A stretch of 29,803 nucleotides of DNA from a virus. Taxonomy: Duplodnaviria > Caudoviricetes. Positions 9,274 to 18,142 of the stretch are shown piece after piece (the stretch's first letter is position 1; each line of letters begins with the position of its first letter). The translations under genes and the position numbers were made by a program. Below the pieces are notes generated by a model. It did no database searches. It saw only the letters and a program-made list of their open reading frames with translations, and was not told the origin of the DNA. The DNA lies in IMG/VR virus record IMGVR_UViG_3300027835_000492, positions 1 through 29,803 of that record; one strand, given 5' to 3'.

Positions 9274-10221
9274 TTAGTAAGCTGATACTAAGTTTGTGAG
9301 AGTTATGCCCAAGAGCTTACCACTTGATGTGTCATAAATACCCTCAAAAGAGATTGAAAGCAAATTATGTTGGTCAGTAATCTTTGAGTCTGCTGCTATG
9401 TAAACTGCTTGTGGAATTATTACGTCAAGCACATAGTTGGCTGCATTTCCAATTGCGCCGCCGGTTGCAACCAGTTCAAGAGAGCGTGTGGTTTTATTGA
9501 TATAATTGGTAAGTTCTGCAAGGCTTGTTGAATCAAGGTATAAGTCAATTTTTCCGGTAACTGTTGCTCCACCTTCAATAGCATTGTATGACGGCTCAAT
9601 GTTTCCAAGCGCATAAACCATATTGACACCGCTTTTATATTCAAGCTCAAAGCTCTCAACTTCGCCAATGACGCTTCCGCCAATTTTAACTTGCAGCTGG
9701 GCATGATTGAAAGCTGGCACTGTGGAGAATGCGCCGGTAATTTCTGTGGCTACAGCTTGTGTCTTTGCCATAACATTGGCAACAAACTCAAGCATTTCAC
9801 CAACCTTACCGGTTAGTTTAAATCCGGTGATAAGGCAGCCGGCAAAACGTCTGGTATTTTCTGCAATTGCCTGCTCAATAGTAAATGATGGTTTTGGTGA
9901 GCTTTCTGTAAAAGGGTGATCATAAACAACTGTCTCACCAGAGTGAGTAGCTGGGGTGTCTGTACCAAGAGCAGCAAGTAAGAAATAACCAAGATAGTCT
10001 GCAAAAGCATCCATTGTAAAATCGCCATCATAGGCAACTTTACCCTTGATTGCAGTGTAGTTTTTTTGCAGTTGGCCTTTGATAGCTGGTATCATCTGCA
10101 CATTTTCTTTGATGATAACACCGCCTGTTGGCCTTATAGCAATAGATTTATCTGGTACAACTGCTGTACCCCAAGCGGACTCTTTTTTAAATGATATTTG
10201 TGATTGAATACCTGCGCTCAT
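9274..10221 (-). CDS. Major tail tube protein
   Basis: KKESAWGT N-terminus, PSFTIE, FAGCLI motifs; position before the chaperone. Confidence 0.85.
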   Translation of the reverse strand: MSAGIQSQISFKKESAWGTAVVPDKSIAIRPTGGVIIKENVQMIPAIKGQLQKNYTAIKGKVAYDGDFTMDAFADYLGYFLLAALGTDTPATHSGETVVYDHPFTESSPKPSFTIEQAIAENTRRFAGCLITGFKLTGKVGEMLEFVANVMAKTQAVATEITGAFSTVPAFNHAQLQVKIGGSVIGEVESFELEYKSGVNMVYALGNIEPSYNAIEGGATVTGKIDLYLDSTSLAELTNYINKTTRSLELVATGGAIGNAANYVLDVIIPQAVYIAADSKITDQHNLLSISFEGIYDTSSGKLLGITLTNLVSAY

Positions 10222-10223
10222 AT

Positions 10224-10394
10224 TTATTTTGTTTTACTTTTTGTATCAGTGTTTACCGGCTCATCAACTACTAATACAAACTCTGGGTGATCAATTGCTG
10301 TATCAGTTGTAATGATCTGGCCGTTATAGCTTACAGTTATGCCAAGACTTGGCAAATGCTTTTCATCCTCACCAATATATTTGTACTTGTACAT
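10224..10394 (-). CDS. Small hypothetical protein (56 aa) preceding the tail tube
   Basis: Not in the ORF track. MYKYKYIGEDEKHLPSLGITVSYNGQIITTDTAIDHPEFVLVVDEPVNTDTKSKTK*; fills the gap and is the first ATG after a promoter copy. Confidence 0.75.
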   Translation of the reverse strand: MYKYKYIGEDEKHLPSLGITVSYNGQIITTDTAIDHPEFVLVVDEPVNTDTKSKTK

Positions 10395-10404
10395 ATGCTG
10401 ACCA

Positions 10405-10436
10405 ATTATATTGAGTTAAAAGACTTACTTTATACA
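10405..10436 (-). promoter_or_regulatory. Late-type promoter copy upstream of the tail tube operon
   Basis: TGTATAAA-N18-TATAAT. Confidence 0.85.
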
Positions 10437-10448
10437 TTTTTGAAATAA

Positions 10449-10865
10449 CTACCTTACAACTCTTGCTTTTGACACCAGCGTTAGCTCTAGCATTCTGACC
10501 GGAGTTTCCTTTTCAACATTTCGCCACACGCCGGATGTAGGCATTGACCAGTCAACGACACCGCCAAGAGTTAAATCATGTTCAAGCGCGGCAATAACGC
10601 TGTCCGCAGTTTGTTCTAAAACATCCTCGTAATCCGGATCGTTTGTTTCATCAGTCCGAAAATATAGCCTTATATAATGAGAGTACATTTTAAGATTTGC
10701 CGTTGTGTCATGCAGTTCTGCAGAATGTTCTCTAGCGCTTACTGTTGCCGCAGGGAAATCTTTAATTGCTTTCTCCTCTTTGCCATACACCACCTTGAGG
10801 CTGCTAACCCTCTGAAGAATAGTAACAATTGCATCTTTTATTGGTTTATATCCAAAATTACTCAT
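10449..10865 (-). CDS. Putative tail terminator protein
   Basis: Size and position; DLTLGGVV motif near the C-terminus. Confidence 0.7.
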   Translation of the reverse strand: MSNFGYKPIKDAIVTILQRVSSLKVVYGKEEKAIKDFPAATVSAREHSAELHDTTANLKMYSHYIRLYFRTDETNDPDYEDVLEQTADSVIAALEHDLTLGGVVDWSMPTSGVWRNVEKETPVRMLELTLVSKARVVR

Positions 10866-11326
10866 AGTGCGTTTGGCGTTTGTTCTGTAACATGTCTAAT
10901 AATTCTTTGTATTGCATCTGACAAATTATTGGTTAATTCCGGTTTGACTTCATCTTTGGCATGCTTCATATACCAAGTAGGCGGAATGTTGCCAATATAG
11001 GTAAATTGCTTTCCTGTCCTACTATTGTGACTGTGAATAACCATGCCTCTCGTACCTGCTTCCTGTGCTCTGGCATATTTAAGGTTTGTTCCAACTTTTG
11101 CCTCGATGTTGTCTCGTGTAGCAACTGCAGGCTCTGTATGAATAGAATTCCAAAGACCGCCTTTTCTATGAGGAGCGCGTGATCTGGCTATTCGCTCCAA
11201 GTCAATAGCAGTTTTATTTATGGCATCCATAAATGCCTGTTTTGCAAAAGTATCAATATTTGTTAAAGCATTTTGCAGCTCTTTTGCGCCAACAACTGTA
11301 ACTGATAAATTGTAATCGCCTGTCAT
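10862..11326 (-). CDS. HK97 gp10-like tail completion protein
   Basis: APHRKGGLWNSI, VGTNLKYARAQEAGT motifs. Confidence 0.85.
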   Translation of the reverse strand: MTGDYNLSVTVVGAKELQNALTNIDTFAKQAFMDAINKTAIDLERIARSRAPHRKGGLWNSIHTEPAVATRDNIEAKVGTNLKYARAQEAGTRGMVIHSHNSRTGKQFTYIGNIPPTWYMKHAKDEVKPELTNNLSDAIQRIIRHVTEQTPNAL

Positions 11327-11327
11327 A

Positions 11328-11648
11328 TTACACCACCTGTCTTGCCATGCAACGTATATACTGCAGGTAATTGTTATTTATTACATAGGGCTTGCCATCT
11401 AAAATATACTCAACACTGGTGTCAGTAACAATTTTGTCTGCGTTATGAAGCTGCACCGTAACATCATAAATAAAAACCTCAAAGAGCTGGAAAGCCGGCA
11501 CATCCATTGAGGGCTGAATATCTGTTCCAGTAGGCGAGATGCATGCATTGACGTTTTGATAAGCTGGTGTTGCACCATAACTTTCTGTGTCGCCATTACG
11601 CTCAAATTGATAGATTTTTACAATATCAGTAATTGGTAGTTTTGGCAT
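11328..11648 (-). CDS. Putative head closure / head-tail adaptor
   Basis: 106 aa, beta-rich, between the connector and the gp10-like gene. Confidence 0.65.
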   Translation of the reverse strand: MPKLPITDIVKIYQFERNGDTESYGATPAYQNVNACISPTGTDIQPSMDVPAFQLFEVFIYDVTVQLHNADKIVTDTSVEYILDGKPYVINNNYLQYIRCMARQVV

Positions 11649-11654
11649 AGCATT

Positions 11655-12287
11655 TTATAAATGGTCAAGTACATGCAGTCTGTAATTGTCTAAGACTGAT
11701 TTTACAAATTCTGGTATTGCCAATTTGTCTGGGGAATAGTATGCGCGTACAGTACCAGCTTGCACTTGAGTGGTTGATTTTCCTGCGTCTGGTGCTTCCT
11801 GTATCATTCTCGCTATCCACATAACAAAAGCGAGCTTAAATGCTTTAGGCGGATTTCCAGCAGCATCACTGTTATATGTTATTTGTACCATTTTGAAACC
11901 AAGAGGGTTAGCAAGAATAACAGAAGAAAATGAGGCAGAAAGTTTTACATGAGTGCCATAATTGACAACATAATTCATATCAAGTGGAGACTGACCAATA
12001 AGCACACTTATTATCCCGCCGGCCAAGGGATAAGCATTATTTGCAGGAGTTGCAGAAATAGAAGGATATTTTACAAAGAAAGTGTAATTTGATTGTACAC
12101 CTGAACCCACCTGAGAAAGGGCGTCAAAATTCTCTACAATCGGGTTTGTGATATTCCAAGTCCTATTACAATAGTTGTCAATTTGGTCCTGTAAAAGAGG
12201 CAACAGCAAATTAAATGCAGCAATACCATTGCTGGTAAGTGCAACGCCTAAATATGCTTCGACGTCTGCTTGTGCGATATAGTTCAT
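11655..12287 (-). CDS. Head-tail connector (HK97 gp6 / SPP1 gp15-like)
   Basis: YIAQADVEAYLG, IDNYCNR, PKAFKLA, IPEFVKSVLDNYR motifs. Confidence 0.8.
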   Translation of the reverse strand: MNYIAQADVEAYLGVALTSNGIAAFNLLLPLLQDQIDNYCNRTWNITNPIVENFDALSQVGSGVQSNYTFFVKYPSISATPANNAYPLAGGIISVLIGQSPLDMNYVVNYGTHVKLSASFSSVILANPLGFKMVQITYNSDAAGNPPKAFKLAFVMWIARMIQEAPDAGKSTTQVQAGTVRAYYSPDKLAIPEFVKSVLDNYRLHVLDHL

Positions 12288-12292
12288 ACTTT

Positions 12293-15200
12293 TTAATTGT
12301 AACTATCTCCAGCTCTCTTGTTATACATTCTGCCAGAAAATATATATGCACCGCCAAGTAGCTGTCTAAGCAATGACTGTTGAAAATCAAACATCTGGCC
12401 ATGTGGCTTGGTCATGCCGTAAATTGGTGATTTGATGCGTGCAGCACAGTGCTGCACCCTCACCGCTTTTTGATTTAAACTAGCAACTGCAGAGGTATTT
12501 TTTTGTCTTTTTACTTGTATTCTGGCGTTAGCGAATTGGGTTTTTAAGGCTGTACCAGTAATTCTGACCAACCCTTGTATTGAACATATTGTGATACCTG
12601 TAATGCGTGCAAGTCCACGTACTGTCTGTCTTACTATTTGCGTAATCCTAGCAACTGCCGGCTGGATCTGCAGGGTCTTTATGGTTATTCTTGCGGTTGC
12701 AGTAACTTGTTTGGCTACTATTTGGGTAATCCTTGAAATGGCACTAATTTGCTGCACAGTTGTTGCTGTGATGCGTACTACTGCATCAATAGTGCGCATT
12801 GCCAACTTTGCAAGGCTTGCTACTGCTGGCTGATTTTTAACCACAGTCTGCGTAATTCTTACAGTACCGGTAATTTGCTTGGCAACAATCTGGGTAATTC
12901 GAGTAATAGCAGTAATTGTCTTTTGGGTTGTTATCTCAATTCTAGCTATGGCTGACTGCGTTTTTTTAGTAACTATAGTTATGCGTGCTGTGGCCATAAT
13001 TTGTTTGCTTACTATCTGGGTTATTCTTGAAATCGCAACTATTGTCTTTAAGGTAGTTGCAGTAATCCTAGCAACTGCCGGCTGAATTCTCAGCGTAATA
13101 ATGGTAATGCGCGCAGTAGCAGCAATAGTTTTGTTTACTACTTGGGTTATTCTGGCAATACCAGATTGTGCTTTTGTAACTACCTGCATAATGCGGGCAA
13201 TGGCCGTTTTGGTCTTCAAAGTGGTAACAGTAATTCTGGCTGTGGCAGTTATTGTTTTGGTTTTTTGTATGGTTATTCTTACGACGGCACTTTGTGTTTT
13301 TAAAACAATCTGAGTAATACGGGCAACTGCCGGCTGGATCTTTAAAGTTGTGGCAGTAATCCTTGCGACTGCTACGATAGTTTTTGTTGCCTGCGTTGTG
13401 ATGCGAGCAACGGCATTTTGCGTCCTTTGAGTTATTGCAGTAATTCTTGATATAGCAGATTGCGTTTTTTGCACCACTTGAGTAATCCTTGCGACTGCTT
13501 GTAAGGTTTTGGGGGTTGTAGCCGTTATTCTGGCAACACCATGTAAGGTCTTCGTTGTAATTGCCGTTATTTTTGCAACTGCAGGCTGGGTTTTGACTGT
13601 AACAATGGCGATACGCGCAATGCCGGCAGTAGTTTTTATAGTTGTGGCTGTAATTCTGGCAACTGCACTTACTGTACGCAGTGTTATAGCTGTAATTCTC
13701 GAGACAGCAGAGATTGTTTTAGTTGTGGTTGCATTTGATGCTAAAAGGTTGGCAATGCTGGTTTGTGTCTTTTGTACCACTTGGGTAATGCGTGAGATAC
13801 CGGTAATTGTCTTGATCGTGATAGCTGTTATTCTTGCTACCGCAGTAATCGTCCTCGTGGCTGTAGCAGTAATTCTTGAGATAGCATTTTGGGTTTTAAG
13901 TAAAATTTGGGTAATTCTGGTTGTTGCCGGTTGCATTTTTAAAGTAGTTGCCGTAATGCGTGCAAGTCCAGTGATGGTTTGAGCTGTAACATGAGTAATC
14001 CTTGCAATGGCACTCTGAGTCTTTGCGGTGATGAGCTGGATGCGTGAAATTGCTGTAATGGCCTTAGTGGCAGTAGATGTAATGCGCGCTACTGCCGGCT
14101 GAGTCTTGAGTGTGGTTGCTGTAATTCTAGCCAAGCCTGCAATTGTCTTTGTTGTCTTGACTGTAATTCTTGCCAAAGCATTTTGAGTCTTAGTTGTTAT
14201 GGCTGTAATTCTTGAGATAGCTGCTTGGGTTTTGGTTGTAGTCGCGGTAATCCTTGTCAGTGCTGTAATAGTCTGGGCAGTAATATGTGTAATGCGTGTG
14301 ATTGCAGATTGCGTCTTTTGAGTAATAAGTTGAATACGCGCAATAGCAGTTTGAGTTTTTGTGGCGGTTGCAGTGATGCGGACAACTGCTCCAATTGTTT
14401 TTGCGGTAGTTGCAGTTATCCTTGAAACAGCTGAAATAGTTTGTTTGGTGGTTATCACAAGCCTTGCAATAGCCGGCTGGGTCTTTATAGTAGTAATAGT
14501 AATTCTAGTAAGGCCGGCAATGGTGCGTATTGTATTGTTGTTTATATTGGCCAATGCGCTTTGAGTCTTTTGAGTAATCGCAATAATCCTAGAAATCGCA
14601 CTTTGTGCCTGCAATGTTTTTATAGTAATTCTTGCTAAGCCGGCAATTGTTCTGGTGGTTGTATTTTTAATACTGGCAATTGCAGATTGAGTCTTATTAG
14701 TAACTGCTGTTATTCTAGCTATTGCAGGTTGTGCTTTGGTTGTTGTCGTAATATTCGCTGGCACAAATTCAACCATTACCCATAAGTCCTCAATAGTCAT
14801 AAACACGCTAGTACCAGTATTTTGTATCCCCCCGGCTTCCATGCCATTTAAAAGTGTGAGTGTCGGTGAAGCAAAAATATCACCCATGTAATAAGCGTCT
14901 GAGGTTGTAAGCACAACGGCTGTGTCAGTATCTATGCTGTTGTACCGCCTGCGGTAAGAGTATGTTTTGGCAGTGCCAGACCCACGTTTTGAGGTATATA
15001 CAACAAGTGCAGCATTTATAGTATCAAATGAGCCAATTACTTCTGTGCCATGTCCTGTCTGGGTTGTATCAAAAGCATGTAACTTTTTTGTTTGCGCATT
15101 GGCAGCATTAGCAGTTGCAGAGTTTGTAGTACTAAAAGGAGTATCTGCCCAGTAAGGATCAGCACCGTTTTTTGTCCAGTTGTCATACACTGGTGCGCCG

Positions 15201-15811
15201 GTTATTGGCTGGCGTGCAATAATAACTGCACCTATTGTTGGGTAGACTGCATCATCTTCAATAATATCATCAAAATCAATTTGCTGTGCTGCAGTTCTGA
15301 AGCCAAACCCTGCACCGGCAACGGTTGATGCACCGGTTGTTTGACCAGTTGAGGTAAGAGTTTCTAAAAGTACATTGCTTGCATTATAAATTTTCACCTC
15401 AAGCGTACCATTTGAAGACGTCCCGCAGATAAGTTTTAGCTGTATAGCAAAATAGGCATTGAGTGGTATTGAATTGGTTGATGTTGCAAGCACTGTGCCT
15501 GCAGAAGCACCCAAAACAAGCTGTACTTTACCGGTGGATGTAAGACGCAGTGTTAAAAGGCCAGTTGCGCCATTGACTAGCTGAAAGAAAGTATTTGTTG
15601 CTGCAGGGTTGGCAAGAATGTAACAGTAAAACTGATAAAACATTGTACCTTTGGAGTAAGTGGGGAAATCAAAAAAAGCGTTGGTTGAAGTACCACGGTA
15701 ATGGTAGCCACCTTTTCTGGGATTTGTATTTGTTACACTACACCCAGTACCTGGTGTGGCTGACTCGTTTATATCATCTGTTTCTGCACCTGAAATCCAT
15801 ATTCTTGCCAT
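12293..15811 (-). CDS. Giant repeat protein: about 350-aa beta-rich N-terminal region plus about 55 14-aa repeats
   Basis: 1172-aa ORF; repeat consensus (A/S)RIT(A/Q)xTxKT(Q/I)xA(I/V); function unknown. Confidence 0.85.
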   Translation of the reverse strand: MARIWISGAETDDINESATPGTGCSVTNTNPRKGGYHYRGTSTNAFFDFPTYSKGTMFYQFYCYILANPAATNTFFQLVNGATGLLTLRLTSTGKVQLVLGASAGTVLATSTNSIPLNAYFAIQLKLICGTSSNGTLEVKIYNASNVLLETLTSTGQTTGASTVAGAGFGFRTAAQQIDFDDIIEDDAVYPTIGAVIIARQPITGAPVYDNWTKNGADPYWADTPFSTTNSATANAANAQTKKLHAFDTTQTGHGTEVIGSFDTINAALVVYTSKRGSGTAKTYSYRRRYNSIDTDTAVVLTTSDAYYMGDIFASPTLTLLNGMEAGGIQNTGTSVFMTIEDLWVMVEFVPANITTTTKAQPAIARITAVTNKTQSAIASIKNTTTRTIAGLARITIKTLQAQSAISRIIAITQKTQSALANINNNTIRTIAGLTRITITTIKTQPAIARLVITTKQTISAVSRITATTAKTIGAVVRITATATKTQTAIARIQLITQKTQSAITRITHITAQTITALTRITATTTKTQAAISRITAITTKTQNALARITVKTTKTIAGLARITATTLKTQPAVARITSTATKAITAISRIQLITAKTQSAIARITHVTAQTITGLARITATTLKMQPATTRITQILLKTQNAISRITATATRTITAVARITAITIKTITGISRITQVVQKTQTSIANLLASNATTTKTISAVSRITAITLRTVSAVARITATTIKTTAGIARIAIVTVKTQPAVAKITAITTKTLHGVARITATTPKTLQAVARITQVVQKTQSAISRITAITQRTQNAVARITTQATKTIVAVARITATTLKIQPAVARITQIVLKTQSAVVRITIQKTKTITATARITVTTLKTKTAIARIMQVVTKAQSGIARITQVVNKTIAATARITIITLRIQPAVARITATTLKTIVAISRITQIVSKQIMATARITIVTKKTQSAIARIEITTQKTITAITRITQIVAKQITGTVRITQTVVKNQPAVASLAKLAMRTIDAVVRITATTVQQISAISRITQIVAKQVTATARITIKTLQIQPAVARITQIVRQTVRGLARITGITICSIQGLVRITGTALKTQFANARIQVKRQKNTSAVASLNQKAVRVQHCAARIKSPIYGMTKPHGQMFDFQQSLLRQLLGGAYIFSGRMYNKRAGDSYN
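12296..12327 (-). promoter_or_regulatory. Late-type promoter copy embedded in the 3' end of the giant gene
   Basis: TGTATAAC-N18-TACAAT, 8 nt before ATG 12287. Confidence 0.75.
12430..14760 (-). repeat. Degenerate 42-bp coding tandem repeat, about 55 units
   Basis: Manual parsing of the translation into 14-aa units; one 17-aa unit (ANLLASNATTTKTISAV) near the middle. Confidence 0.9.
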
Positions 15812-15815
15812 ACAA

Positions 15816-16112
15816 TTATATTGTTACTTTTACTCCCAACAGGGGCGCTAACATCTCAAAAATTTCTCTTTCTTGACCATTAGTACGCATTGTTTGAATT
15901 TCAGCAATTTTATTACTTGCTTGCTGTTGGCTAAAAAACATGCCAATAACACCAGAATGAGCAAATAATTTCCAATGCTCACCGGTTTTATAAAGACCGC
16001 CATATAGCCGGTCAGTATAAGCATCTGAATCTACTAAATAGCCCAAGCTGTTATCTTTCATCTTTAAACAAAGAGCCTCAAGCACTTCAAAAATTAAGTA
16101 TGGGTTTTGCAT
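15816..16112 (-). CDS. Hypothetical protein (98 aa)
   Basis: Closely spaced ORF within the cassette. Confidence 0.65.
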   Translation of the reverse strand: MQNPYLIFEVLEALCLKMKDNSLGYLVDSDAYTDRLYGGLYKTGEHWKLFAHSGVIGMFFSQQQASNKIAEIQTMRTNGQEREIFEMLAPLLGVKVTI

Positions 16113-16115
16113 AGG

Positions 16116-16730
16116 TTATTGCACTAAAATCTTTTGCGTGTAGGTTTTACCCGCAATCACAACCTGCCAGCCTATCATGTATAAAAGAGATGAGTGAGGT
16201 GGTACAGGTTTAACGTAGTAGTACACAACCTTTTGCCTTTGGCCGTTTACAATTTCGTCTTTTTCCTCTTTCCAAGAAGACTCGACACGCTCATAAAAAT
16301 GCTTTTCACCTTTGCTGTTTGTTACTTCAATTCCTTTGCCAATCTTTTGGGCGGAGATAGGATTCATATATCTTGCCGGTGTGCAGTGGTTTTGACGTAT
16401 AACTCTAAAATAAATCAATTTAAAACGGTTGGGTAATACTAGCAATGGCCTATCACCTTCAACAGTGAATGTATTGCCATCAATCTCAAAATGCCCATCA
16501 GTTAAATCAACGCTCACTTTTTTACCCATTAGTGTCTGCTCAATAAGAGTAAATTTCTTTATATTAAAATAATCAATATCTTCTTGAATATCTGACATGC
16601 AGGATTTGCCCTGTAGCTCGCCGTCTTCATCTGGGGTTGGTGGGTATTTTGTAGAAGCATCATTTTTGTTCTGCTTATAAACAGTGCCGTCAAAGTGTTC
16701 TGCTTCAAATAAGTATTTAAGGTTTTTCAT
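16116..16730 (-). CDS. Hypothetical phage protein (204 aa)
   Basis: Closely spaced ORF within the cassette; no recognised motif. Confidence 0.7.
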   Translation of the reverse strand: MKNLKYLFEAEHFDGTVYKQNKNDASTKYPPTPDEDGELQGKSCMSDIQEDIDYFNIKKFTLIEQTLMGKKVSVDLTDGHFEIDGNTFTVEGDRPLLVLPNRFKLIYFRVIRQNHCTPARYMNPISAQKIGKGIEVTNSKGEKHFYERVESSWKEEKDEIVNGQRQKVVYYYVKPVPPHSSLLYMIGWQVVIAGKTYTQKILVQ

Positions 16731-16774
16731 AGCATTGGATTGCTGAGGTGCATTGGATTGCGCAAAATATGTTA

Positions 16775-17095
16775 TTATTCTGCTGGCTGTTCTGCTGTTG
16801 CCTCTGGTTCTGCCGGTTCTGTATTTGCTGCTGAGTCTGCACTTTCAAAGACTTTTGCCAGCATTGCATGGCTTTCTGCAATTGATACTTGGCCAACATT
16901 TGACTCTCTTTGTGCTGCAAAATAGGCGTGTATTTCTTCTGCACTTATTCCTGCCGGCACTTTTATAAATCTGCCACAATCTGGGGTTGTGCAGGTAAAG
17001 ACTAACTCACCATTTAAATCAACCTCGCCAGTGTGTGGCACATCATTCTGACAGTTAGCGCAAAAGATTTGTAATGTTTTTTGTACGTTTTCCAT
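16775..17095 (-). CDS. Zn-ribbon-like protein with an acidic tail
   Basis: CANC...CTTPDC cysteine pairs; E/A/P-rich C-terminus. Confidence 0.65.
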   Translation of the reverse strand: MENVQKTLQIFCANCQNDVPHTGEVDLNGELVFTCTTPDCGRFIKVPAGISAEEIHAYFAAQRESNVGQVSIAESHAMLAKVFESADSAANTEPAEPEATAEQPAE

Positions 17096-17096
17096 A

Positions 17097-17648
17097 TTAA
17101 TTTTCGTTATACTGCAGTGTTAAAGTTTGCGATGCAATATCACCAGCCGGTGCAGAACTTGTTGTCTGCAGCTGTGTTGTCAAAAAGTTTGTATAGCATG
17201 GATTGGTTGTCATAGATGATGCTTTTCCAGTTGCTTCTGGACCGGTTGCGCCAAAAAATACGCCAACACCTGAACCAATTGCAATGGCAGTTGTCATGTC
17301 AGTTGTGAGGTTAGAGTCTGCAGACGTTGATGGTGTTACATAAAGATAGCGTGTGCCGTCAGAGCTACAGGTGGGAACACCTTTAAGTGTGCAGCCAGTT
17401 GGAAATGAGCCGGCAGTGTGAGCAAAAAGCCCCGCAGAGATTTGGTTAAATGTACCAGAGAAATGACCAAACTGATTTTTCTGATATGAGTTATTACCGG
17501 CAGTAATTGGTTGAGATGAGTAGGTAGTTGTACTGTCATCTATATTTTTCCAGTTTGCCTCTGTACGCGCTGCCGTTCTGGTCGTACCCTTTGCAGGTGA
17601 GCCAGATGCAGCCCCGTTATCTTCTTCAAATTCAAATGTTGCAGCCAT
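17097..17648 (-). CDS. Putative structural beta-sandwich subunit (183 aa)
   Basis: T/S/G/A-rich, no signal peptide, C-terminal APAGDIASQTLTLQYNEN strand; first gene after a promoter copy. Confidence 0.6.
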   Translation of the reverse strand: MAATFEFEEDNGAASGSPAKGTTRTAARTEANWKNIDDSTTTYSSQPITAGNNSYQKNQFGHFSGTFNQISAGLFAHTAGSFPTGCTLKGVPTCSSDGTRYLYVTPSTSADSNLTTDMTTAIAIGSGVGVFFGATGPEATGKASSMTTNPCYTNFLTTQLQTTSSAPAGDIASQTLTLQYNEN

Positions 17649-17670
17649 ATATGTAATTTACTTCTGAAAA

Positions 17671-17702
17671 ATTATATTGACTTATTTAACAAAACTTATA
17701 CA
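17671..17702 (-). promoter_or_regulatory. Late-type promoter copy upstream of the repeat-protein cassette
   Basis: TGTATAAG-N18-TATAAT. Confidence 0.85.
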
Positions 17703-17718
17703 TTTTTGTTTTTCTTAA

Positions 17719-17750
17719 TCAAAAACCCTCCAGGCAAAGAGGGTCTTTGA
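17719..17750 (-). terminator. Probable intrinsic terminator ending the capsid transcript
   Basis: TCAAAGACCCTC-TTTGCCTG-GAGGGTTTTTGA hairpin with a T run. Confidence 0.65.
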
Positions 17751-17769
17751 AAGAAAGTAGGTGAAATGA

Positions 17770-18042
17770 TTACTTTGTAACTTCAGCGTTTTTAATCATT
17801 TTGTCCTGCACTTCTTGAACCTCTTTAACTTCTTCGTCTTCCTTGTCTTCTGGTTCTTTTTCTTCAAGTTCCTCTTTTGGTTCAACTTTGTTTTCCTCAA
17901 GCTTTTCTTCAATCTGTTGTTCAAGAGGGGTAGCATTATCGCCTAGCGCGGCGATAACTTCCTCTGGCAATTCAACTGGTACACCAGCTTCATAGCGGTG
18001 TTCACCGCATTGTCCGTTATGATTTACAATTACTTTTCGCAT
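17770..18042 (-). CDS. Small acidic protein following the major capsid gene
   Basis: AAAGGGGGTGA SD; E/K-rich C-terminal half. Confidence 0.75.
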   Translation of the reverse strand: MRKVIVNHNGQCGEHRYEAGVPVELPEEVIAALGDNATPLEQQIEEKLEENKVEPKEELEEKEPEDKEDEEVKEVQEVQDKMIKNAEVTK

Positions 18043-18142
18043 AATGCTCTCACCCCCTTTTTTGTTTGCTTAGCTGGCGGTCTTTGATTCGCTTATTTAT
18101 TCGCTTACATTTCCGCTCACCCTACAGCTATCAGTTAGCACC

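Noticed and set aside
12591-14638. Several plus-strand ORFs rich in V/I/A
   Set aside because: Antisense shadows of the 42-bp coding repeat; no RBS or promoter support.
12430-14760. CRISPR array or DGR template/variable repeats
   Set aside because: The repeats are degenerate, in frame and spacerless; there is no cas or reverse transcriptase gene and no adenine-specific repeat pair was seen.
16717-16968. Overlapping short ORFs (Q-rich 75 aa on the minus strand; plus-strand ORFs)
   Set aside because: Alternative frames of the low-complexity tail of 16775..17095.
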